From assembly GCA_904063045.1 (NCBI GenBank), contig CAJFCJ010000059.1:55840-119839 (forward strand): 64,000 nucleotides of DNA. Direction: 5' to 3'. Positions 9,572 to 20,200 of the stretch are shown piece after piece. The notes beneath the pieces were generated by a model. The model saw only the letters and a list, made by a program, of their open reading frames with translations. It had not been told where the DNA came from and did not search any database. The DNA comes from Dimorphilus gyrociliatus (Eukaryota; Animalia; Annelida). The position numbers were made by a program, and so were the translations under genes. The stretch's first letter is position 1. Each line of letters begins with the position of its first letter.

Positions 9572-11990
9572 ATGAAACAGATGTTGTGGCTTCCACTAGT
9601 GATGACTGTAATGGTGATCTGTGGCTGCATCCACTCAATAACAGTCCCAAAACCATCCTACCAAGGTGCACATGTTACAAGTGCAAACATTACCTTAACA
9701 TTTAAACCACCGTTATACTTTTGTTCTAACCAACTACCAAGCCAGGCATTTGATCTAGCAGATGAGCCAACTTGTAATATAGAATCACAAGAAACCAAGA
9801 CAATTACAGCTGATATCTATGAATTGAACTTGGAAGAAATTGAAACAAGAGCAGTAAAATGTCAAGTGTATCTAAGAACTAATTTTTACACTTACTATTT
9901 CTTTGGAGCAAAGAAGAGGAGAATTGTTAACTCAGTTATCAAAGTAACTCATGATCAATGCAGACAGATGGTAAAAGACAAACGATCTTTTCAAGGAAAA
10001 CCTTTAATGGTGAAAAGAAACACTTGGATCCACCAAGATCAGTTTCCTGCTGCCTACACATGGCCAACAACTACCAAGGTGCTGGAATACACCACAATTA
10101 TCCAGTTTGGCAAAGCATATTGGCAACCTCCTAATATGAAAATTACAACTAATCTGGACTACCTGGAAGATTGTTTACCAGGGCAGTCCTATTGTGAGAC
10201 AGAAGAGGCAATTATTGTCTTTAGAAACCTCAAGAATAATTACACACTTGGGCAACAATCACCATGGATAAAAATTAGCAACAGAATTAGTTGTATCAAA
10301 TTTGCTGGTCACTATTCTTGTCCAGGGTATTCTATTCTGGACATCCCTTATCAAGATAAGTTATTGATGGAATTGGTGGTCCTGGAACAAAAGTACTAGT
10401 ACCACTGGAGGAACAGAGTTTAATACAGGAAACAAGCAAGGAACACCTATACAATTTGCTACAATATCAGAAGATTGGCAAAATGAAGAAAAACGACTAT
10501 TAAACTATCCCAATAAAGTTAAAGAACAAATTATACTATACAAGCGAAACAACCCCTTACCAAGTCTTAACCAATGGTACAGAGAAACAAACACAAAGTA
10601 TAAACTAATGAGAAATAAAGGCACACTCAAGGAAGTTGTGATATATCATCTACAACAACCCATTAGTCCATCTTACTGGGAGCTGGATAACTATTATATC
10701 CAAGAAATGCTGCAAGCAGTCAATTGGACAAGGGCAACAAGACAATCTGTGACGATTTCAAAATATGTATACAGTGAGAAAAGAATCAAAAAGAAGGTAT
10801 TACCAACATTGGGCATATGGTATAAAGGACCACCAGCCAGAGAATTTAAGATTACCTATGAAGGAATTTATTTTACTCTACACATGAGAATGGCTAAAAA
10901 GCAGATGAAGAAGGAAGCAAAACTGAAACATAAGATAAGTAAAAACCCATACCACAAATTCCCATTGGAAATGAGAGAAGCTGCCCAAACATCTACCTTA
11001 CTACATGGTATTGATTCAAATTTTAAGAATTTAAAAAAGTTTACCCAACAGCTGTCAAGTCTTCTCTGCAATCAATTTGTTCAAAGAAGCAGAATGATGG
11101 CATTACTAGCAAATTTGGATCCTCAATTGACCACAGTGTTAACAAATGAGTTGGGAATGCACAGTAGTCAGATGGGAGAATTAGCTATAATTAAACAATG
11201 TTCACCAATAGCCTCAACAGAAGTAGTTTGTGACTTAAGCATGATAAAAAAGAATAACAAATGTTCTCAATTTTTACTTGTCACCATGAACAACCTGCTT
11301 TTCCAAGTAGAACCAGTTACTCATGTTTTACAGCAAGTCAATCCTGAAGAGATTACCTATAATGAGTGTAAGTCTAACAAGTTATTCTACAAAACAACTC
11401 ACAACCCATTAAATCCTATAAGAAACCAACCAATGAAAGACAAAACGTATGTGTATTATTCAGAAAGAGGATGCAGATTTCACACTGTGTCTGCAAAATC
11501 CATGCAGTTACATATCCACAATCACCTTTCTGAACCAAAAATTGAAATTGCCAGATTAGCTGATCTACTCCACCATGGGGTAAAGAAGGATATTGCATAC
11601 CAGCACTCAAAAATTAAGCAAGTTATCAGTTCACTGGAACAGAAGCAGGCAAGGTATGATAACATGGTCACTGTTGCAGAGAAAAATGGCATTGTACCCA
11701 ATTTATCTGGAATTAAACAGTTTTTCCATAGTTGGTACTATAAACCTGGGAAAACACTTTATGTTATCATACGAAATATTTGTTTGAGTATTGTAGTGTC
11801 AATGGTATGTATCATCATTTTCAACTATATTATTGGAAGAAGAAAACAAAGAGAAGAAATTGCTACCCCAAGTGAGAGCACAGATAACTCTCCTGAAAAC
11901 CCAAAACTAATGAAACAAAGTTGTAGCTTTAGTCAACATCAAACTAATGAAGAAGAACAACCACCTGTAATTCTCATTAAATCAAGATGA
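9572..11990 (+). CDS. env: Env-like glycoprotein, probable class III (gB/chuvirus-like) fusogen, ~806 aa when two 1-nt deletions (~10370, ~10481) are corrected
   Basis: Signal-like MKQMLWLPLVMTVMVICGCIHS at ATG 9572; Cys-rich ectodomain; C-terminal TM (IIRNICLSIVVSMVCIIIFNYII-RRKQR). Copy A2 has the intact bases at both indels. Confidence 0.85.
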
Positions 11991-12006
11991 AGGGACTCAT
12001 CTTCAC

Positions 12007-12020
12007 AAAGAAGGGGGAAG
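12007..12020 (+). promoter_or_regulatory. Polypurine tract
   Basis: AAAGAAGGGGGAAG immediately before the 3' LTR; same tract at 33621-33634 on the minus strand. Confidence 0.9.
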
Positions 12021-12021
12021 T

Positions 12022-12656
12022 TGTACAACTTTGGTTATATTTTACATGCTTGAACTCTATTATTTTATGCAACATATACATGTACATCTTAAAACCTATG
12101 CAAGAAAATGCTAAAACATTGGCCAAACATAAGTCTGATTAGTCAGCTTGAAGGTTCATCTTTAATTACCAATAAAGGTTTGGCCAAGTTATAATTTAAT
12201 TAACTTGCCTAGGGTGTGGCCAAGTTATAATTCAATTAACCTTCCTAAATGTTGAACCTTGTAACATCCTGTTACTAAAGATAAATATGAACTACACATT
12301 TTGGCAACTGTAAAGTGATGATTGGATGTCAGAGACAAACCTCAAAGTATATAAATCCTTATTATTCTCATTTGGCATGCAGCTTCCATCTGGACCCAAG
12401 GACCTGGGAAAATCATCTGGAAACAACCTCCACTGGAACCATCCATCTACTCCTCAACATTGGAAGACAGTTTGGTAATTTGGCAACCTGCTATTACAAA
12501 CTATCTACTCTGCTATTGAACTCTCATATTGTTACTTGCTTAAGTATTATTATTGCGAATAAACCATTTTAATTTAAACATTTGTTTAAAGGTTCGAGTA
12601 GAACCAGTATTGTTATAACTTGCAAACGCATAGATTTTGCCAGCAAGAGCAGTACA
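12022..12656 (+). repeat. 3' LTR of A1 (635 bp)
   Basis: 99.1% identical to 3410-4044 by manual comparison. Confidence 0.97.
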
Positions 12657-12844
12657 GCATTACATAATCCTAAGCATTGATAAATGATAACTCTGCTTCA
12701 AATTCCCAGTTTCCAGCATATGCTATATATTCTTTCATTTATTTCACAGACATTACTTCCAATTGAAAATTCAATTAGACAACATCACTTCAATTATCAG
12801 TAATCATCTCTGAATCCTTCACTCAACAGCAGAAATTGATAAAT

Positions 12845-13260
12845 ATTAAAATGGTATGTACATTTTTTCAATAAACATTAGCATTAAAAGTAGCACTTTT
12901 ATTACAATATATTTTGATTAAAACCTGAAGAAGAGAATTCCCTATTGGAAATCTTCAACCTCTCTGTAGGTGTAGGTTAATAGACCCTGATGAGTCCTTG
13001 GTATGGAAAATAGAGAGGAAGACAAAACTGTGGTATGTCGAATAGGTAGGAAAATTAAAAAAAAGACATTTTTTGAAAATTTTTTGAAAAGTTTTTTCTA
13101 TTGGAAATTGCTCTAACAGTCGATTTTGGTGTATTTTTTCTTTGACTGCTTCCCAAAAGCAATTGGGACTCTTGAACTGTGAGAATTCTGTTTCTCCTTT
13201 TTGACAAAGTCAAAAAGAAACCTTTACTAACCCTAACCCCAAGACCTAACCTAACCTAAC
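12845..13260 (+). repeat. Dispersed repeat with a degenerate hammerhead ribozyme motif (12978-13042), ending in CCCTAA-like repeats
   Basis: Inverted homolog at ~58140-58510; CTGATGAGTCC...GAC-AAAAC-TGTG-GTA, i.e. GAAA core mutated to AAAA. Confidence 0.75.
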
Positions 13261-13910
13261 ATAGAATTGAAGGAACATAGAATTGAATCTAGGTCTTCTT
13301 CTGTTACATTTTATGAAAAGTGACTTACCTGATTGTTATACCTACGATTTTTGAAAGGTTACCCTCTAATTACTATAGAACATAGGGTCAAGATACTGGT
13401 GATAGAGTCTAAGGCTGCCAGTCAGCCATCCTCACCTACCACCATTAACTTCAAAGCTCCATAGCTCTGCAACCGTTCAAATTTTGCACAGTTGCTCAGT
13501 TCAATTAGATCTAGCACTGTGTAAAATTTCATAACAATCGGACCAAGTTGAAATTTCAACTTTCGTCAGTGGTTGACTTGCTTTACTGACCACCAAGTAG
13601 GTGATTTGTAGCGAAAAAAGTGTGGGATTTAACCAGTACCTATCCTAAGGTATAGTAAGCCTCTCAGAGATCAGTCTGGTGGCAATCTAACCAGCCACTT
13701 TTCCCCTCTCACTTGATAAAGGAGGAATACCTCTGAAATATTGTGAGTTTTAATCTGGTGACATTGTTTTAGTTGCTAAATACAGGTACTCTTCACCCTT
13801 GTGGAGAATTTGTAACCCTGACAGAAAAAAATTGTAACTATGTTCATGTTTTTTATTGATTTTCTATTCTCAATTGCAGACAAATTTCAAAATCAATAAA
13901 AGTACAATAC

Positions 13911-13974
13911 AGTACAATACTGTTTCAATACTACATATCTATTGTAGAATATAGCTGATGAATGTAAGTGTACA
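13911..13974 (-). repeat. Short fragment of the family B LTR 5' end
   Basis: Matches 31141-31204 (ATTGTAGAATATAGCTGATGAATGTA.GTGTACA). Confidence 0.7.
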
Positions 13975-14200
13975 GCCTAAAATAATTAAATGGTATGTAA
14001 TTATTTTATTTTGCAGTATTCAGTATAAGTAGCACTTTAACTTGGTGTTAATTAAACAAAAACCTAACAGTGATTTTTGATGTGTATGACAAAAAACCAA
14101 GTCTACTACAACAAGCCTTGTCTGAATATTGCTTGTAGGAATTTTTTCAGTATCTGGTAATACTTTCCTATTACAAATAAAAGGACCATTTGATTTTATA

Positions 14201-17200
14201 ATGGATTCATGCCTTAATACTGATGAAAAATTGTGTCTTAATTACAATAAAACAGAAATTGAAAAATTACTTAATACTAAATCAGTCTTTGATAGAGTAT
14301 GTATAAAATTAACAACTCTACAATTGTTATATCCTGATGACAAAGATATACTACAAAAGCAATATGATGGTGAGCAAAAAAGTTTGGCTGTTCAGTATAT
14401 TTTAAACAAATTGTGGCAGCTAAATTTTGTAGATATTTGGGAAATTTTCTTTGATATCGAGGATTTGAACTGTCAAAGATTAGCTGAGTGTTTATCTGAA
14501 AAAAAGAAAATATGGGAAAAATTGATTTGTGATACTAAAATAGAACGAAAAAAAGAATTTACAACAATTCCATTACTTCCTTTCACAAAAACTGAAGTCA
14601 AAATATCTGATATTATAACATCTATTAAAATATCTGAGGTACAGAAAATTGATATAATTGATTGGGAATTACAGAAAACAGAATATGAATATGAACATTT
14701 CTATAGAATATTTTGTTCAGAATTCAAAAAAATTTTAATTCAAGGCAAGCCAGGAATAGGCAAAAGTGTACATGTCAAATATCTACTCCACAAATGGGCA
14801 AATGACCAATGGAAAATTGATTCTCAAAAACTATTGTTATTTATCATTTTAAGAGAGGTTAAAAAAGATTCAAATATCTATCAGGAAATAATTGAACAAA
14901 ATTTCAAAAATATTCCATATATCACTGAAAATATAGTGGAATCTATTTTTGTTGAAAAGAGAAATGATGTTGTTCTTTTGATTGATGGGGCTGATGAGTT
15001 ATATCAAACAAATCATCCTCTATATGATCTATTAGAAAGTCCAATATGTGATATTCCAACTGCAATATGGTCTCGTGAATGGAGAGCAAAAGAATTACTT
15101 TCAAAATGTGATATAATATTTGATTTAACAGGTTGGAATACAACTCAAATGAGATCATTTTTTCAAAAGTGCTTTAAGGATGGAGATATTCAAAAGAGTT
15201 TAGAATTTGTAGAAAGTCTAGTTCACAAAAATAAAAAAATTGAGAGTCTCTGCAAGGTCCCATTGTTGGCAATGATATTATTTCATGTTTGGAAGAAAAG
15301 AGGGGAATCTATCTTTGATAGAACTCTTTATCAAAATTATGAAGATATAATAAGTTTTCCACAAGAAAATCATAGTTGCATCACAAAAGAAAATGATAAA
15401 AACTTTCAAACATTTTATGAACTCTGCCTTGAAAATCTTTCACAAAGTAAGATTATTTTAGATGATAAAAATCTATCTAATTTTATTGAGATACATTATA
15501 AAAATATAATTGAAATTATTCATTTGCCAACAAACCAAGTTGAATTACAATTCTATCATTTATCTTTTCAAGAGTTTTTTGCTGCAAAATGTCTAATTGG
15601 AAAAGCTAAAGACATTTTAATCGGAAGGATAAATGATATATTTAATTGCTTTTTACCAAGAAGAAATAACATAAATAGTCTATTTGAAGAATTAACCCAT
15701 ATAAATCTTTTTAATGTCATGGAATTTGTACAACATCATTCCACAGATATCTTTAAGAAAATTCTTCTACATTCTGAAATTGTTAGAGATATGTTTAACT
15801 TTAGCAATAACCTCAAAAAACTTTTAGAAAATGGTTTTGAAAATGACAAAATGATGAAATTAGAGAATGAAACTTTGAATGATGCTATCATTAACATTAT
15901 CTTTATTAAATATGGCAAAAATTTAGAGAATATCATTTTGATTAACACATCAGTAAATTTGAAATTATTGATTGATTGCTGTTTTGAACACTGTACAAGA
16001 TTAAAGTTTTTGGAAGTGAAAGGTCAAAAATTATATAATAATAATGAAGCATTTAAAGAAGATCTTTTTTTGGAGAATCTATTAAATCTGAAATTTTTTA
16101 AAGAATTAGAGAAAATACAGATTGGAGAGAATTTTTTGGATGTTAAAGGAAATACTATTTCTGGCCAATTTTTTGATAATTTTTGTAAATTTATCATCAT
16201 TTATTCTTCTAATTATATTATAGAATTTACTGATGAAGCATTCAATTCAAAAAACTACTTTACTGATGCAAAGATTAAACTTTTTGAAGGCTTATTTCAA
16301 CTAAAAAAATTGGTTATTGCAAATAAAAACTTTGGAGAAACTGGTAGAAAAAGGTTTTTTTCAATGATAGAGAAAAAGCTACAGAACACACAATTTAAAG
16401 AGTTTGAAACATATAACTGTGAAATAAGCAATCTGGACTGTGAGTTTTTGGATAATTACCTTAAATTAATTACAAATCAATATTGTCAAACATCTTTTGG
16501 AGGAACAACACATGATGAACAATTTTCAAATGATTATATCTCTCTTAAAATAGATAGTAATAGTCTACTTAGGGGTCGGGTGTGAACGTACCTGGGTGCG
16601 AACGTACCCGGGTGCGAACGTACCCTGGGCGGGTGCGAACGTACCCTGGGCGGGTGCGAACGTACCCAGGTACGTTCGCACCCTATTTTTATATTTATTT
16701 TATTTTTGAATTTTTGAATAAACATGTACATTGACACCCTTTTTTCCTTCTGTTCCTTCATTATATATTTGTTAATATATTGATTAGATAGAATGCAGAT
16801 ATTAAATAGAATACATATCCCATCAATATTAAATTACTACTTTAAAAGAAAATGTTGTTGAAAGTGAAATAGCAGCCATTTTAATAGTGATAGTTTTATT
16901 AAATAAACTTTCACTTGGAATATTTATCCTTGCAAAAGTAAAGCTATATTTACTGAATAAATTTGGACAAAGTTCTTCTTGGAAGCTTCAACAGAAGTGA
17001 GTATTTATATCTAATCATTGAGATTGTTGATTCATGATATTTTGATGTAATATACTATATTCAATTGTGAAAAAGCTGAATATTTTTCATAAATAAAATT
17101 TCAGCCATTTTGAATATTTGGAAAGGAAATTTATTGATAACTGGAAATATTTTTAGATAACCATCTACATTTGATTGAAGATTAAAAAATGGCTTTCAAA

Positions 17201-20200
17201 TGTCACAATTGTCATTCAACAATTTATGGAAGGCAAAAATATTTGAAATGCAGCCTTTGTAAGAATCTTATTCATAGGAAATGCACAGGTATGTAACTCT
17301 TTAATCAGCTTTCATGTAATTATATTTTTTAACATATTCTTATAGAAACACATAACATACCAATTTGCAAACCTTGTAACAAAAGAAAATGTACTGTCAT
17401 GCTCAAGAAGTTAACTAATCTGGAAATTCATCAATTCAAAGTAAATTCTGAAGAAAGCTTTATTGATGAAAGAAATAAGATTGCTGCAGTTGAGGAATCA
17501 ATATTGGAGGATGAAAATCATGTTCTTTCAGAATGCCAATCAATGGACCTAGACTCTTTGGAGGAAGTTGAAGAGAATGCTGAAGAATATTGTGAATCAT
17601 CCACAAAAAGTGATTTTGAGATTGTAAAAGGAGGAAGTAGAAAGGGACATGACATTTTACTGAATGATGGATATTCTTTTGTTGTTAAACATAAAACACC
17701 ATCAAGTACTATTTGGGTGTGCAGTGTGAGAAGTAAGAAGAAAAGATGTGTGGCCAGAATAAGACAAAATGGAAATTTATTTCTCAAAGGCAATTTGGAA
17801 CATAATCACAACAGAAAAAAGAATTTAGAAGTGGATATTAAAGTGAAAACAGATTTGAAAATTGTTTGCAGAAGTGATAATCAAACATCTGGAAGAAGCA
17901 TTGCTGAAAAAGTTCTTCTATCCTATGAACCCAATGCAACTTGTCTTCCTGATATCAACTATTTGAAGAGAATGGCAAACTCAAATAGACAAAAGTTTAG
18001 GCCAGTGGAACCTAAAGTGTACAACTTTAATTTAGATGAAACATTTTTGCCTGATGAATTTTTGCAGAAAGATATTTGTGAAAATGGAGAAAGAATTTTA
18101 ATCTTTGCAACAAACCATCAGCTGAATTTATTATCAAAATCCAACTGTTGGTACATTGATGGTACTTTCAAGATTGTAAAAGAACCATTTTATCAACTTG
18201 TCACTATTCACTCATTTGTTAAGAAGAGTGGTGATATGAAGCAAGTTCCTCTTGTTTTTATTTTTCTGACTTCAAAGCATACCAAAGCATACTTACAAGC
18301 ATTTCAAGTAAATATTTCATATTATCTCTTCAAAAGTGATGATAAATAAAGTTGCTTTTTTGTAGCATATCAACAATCTTATCAATGATTTTCATCCAAA
18401 AAGAATTACAATGGATTTTGAAAAAGGACTATGGAAAGCATTATCAAAAGTATATCCCCTCACTGAATTTCAAGGTTGTGTATTTCATTTCACACAAGCA
18501 GTATACAGGAAAATACAAGTCAGTTACATTCAAATATATATAACATTATCTATTAAATAACTTATATTATTGAATAGGCTCTTGGCTATGTAAAGAAATA
18601 CAAAGAAAAAGGAAATGATTGGAAAGATTTCAGAAAATTGATGGCTCTGCCATTCTTGCCAGCACATATTATTCAACCAACATTTGACAGAATAAATGCA
18701 GAACTTTGTGAAAAAAATAGATTTTTGGACCTGCTGCAATACTTCCAAACAAACTGGATCAAAAATAAATTATGGAAACCAAATAACTGGTCAGTTTTTG
18801 GTTTGTCTATTAGGACCAATAATGATTGTGAAGGATGGCATCAAAGAATGAATAGTAAGCTGCCTGCTAAAGGTTCTTTTTACATGCTGGTTGATGAGCT
18901 AAAAAAGAGTCTGAGTTGATTGCAGTTTATGAGAAATTACTGTCAGAAAAAAGGATTTACAAACATCAAAAGAAAAAGTATATTGACATCCAAAAGAAAA
19001 TTTTTGATTTATGGGATGATTTCAAGTTGAACAAATTGACATCAATTGATCTATTAATGCAGACATCCCATATCTACTCTCCAGCATAAATATCATTTGT
19101 CAAGCTTTATTGTTTTTTAGTATAATATTTAGTCTTTTAAATACATACTTTTAGATTTATAGCTAAATCTTTTATTCAAAAATTCAAAAATAAAATAAAT
19201 ATAAAAATAGGGCGCGAACGTACCTGGGTACGTTCGCACCCGCCCAGGGTACGTTCGCACCCGGGTACGTTCACACCCAGGTACGTTCGCACCCCAACTC
19301 GTCTACTTACTATCACATATTCAAACAAAAAGAAAAGGGTTGTATGGTATTCTGTCATGAAAAACCTCTTTCAACAGGAAAAACTAACTTTTATCAAATG
19401 GCTACCTAATAGTAAGTTTTCAGAAAAAAGATCTGTACACTTAATTGGACATTATTGTGATGTTATTACTGTTATAAAGATTATTATTAACTCTGACAGC
19501 CAGATGTTTAGTACTCTACAATTATTAAATCTTACTCATATTAAAATATCCAATGAAATAGATTTCAGTCAATTCATCAACTCAATTAAGCTTCTACCTT
19601 GCTTAACTGACATAAATTTTGAAAAACTTCAGAATACTAAAGAATATTTACAAACAACTCTCAATCATTTGAACTGCAAATCTATTACTTTAAGTCACCT
19701 AAATTTTGATTCATGTAATTTAACACCCATTGAAGCAAAAATATTGAGTCAATTCTTAAAACCAATTAAACATTTGAAAACACTGAATTTATCAAACAAC
19801 AAGTTGATGAAAGACAAGTTTCAAACAATTTGCCTTGGACTAAAATCTTCTTTTAAATCATTTGAGGGAATCAATATCCAAAACTGTAATCTCAATCACA
19901 CACATATGGATTCTTTTGAAAAATTAGTGTTACCCTCTTCTAATTTAGTGTACATCAATTTATCAGGAAATCCAAACATACAGAAGTCAGTATCAACAAT
20001 CTTTGAAGAATTACACCATTCTTCTAAAACATTAAAAAAGATTGAAGTCAATAACTGTAGCTTAACTATTGAAGAAGGGCATTCACTGGGGAAATTACTT
20101 AAAAAGTGCCTGTATATAACACATATTGGATTGGCATGGAATAAAAATTTGGGTGAATCATTTGGTAAAATACTTGAAGGATTAGAATCATCTTCAGATG

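Larger units (their letters stand above)
3410..12656 (+). mobile_element. Ty3/gypsy LTR retrotransposon (family A, copy A1) with env-like gene and two aspartic protease domains
   Basis: Two 635-bp LTRs (TGTAC...GTACA), PBS, PPT, domain order PR-RT-RH-IN with GPY motif, followed by PR2, acidic spacer and env. No TSD (GGTAG vs GCATT). Confidence 0.97.

Noticed and set aside
16572-16690. CRISPR-like short repeats
   Set aside because: No unique spacers and no cas genes; they are mirrored at 19200-19300 as transposon TIRs in a eukaryotic context.
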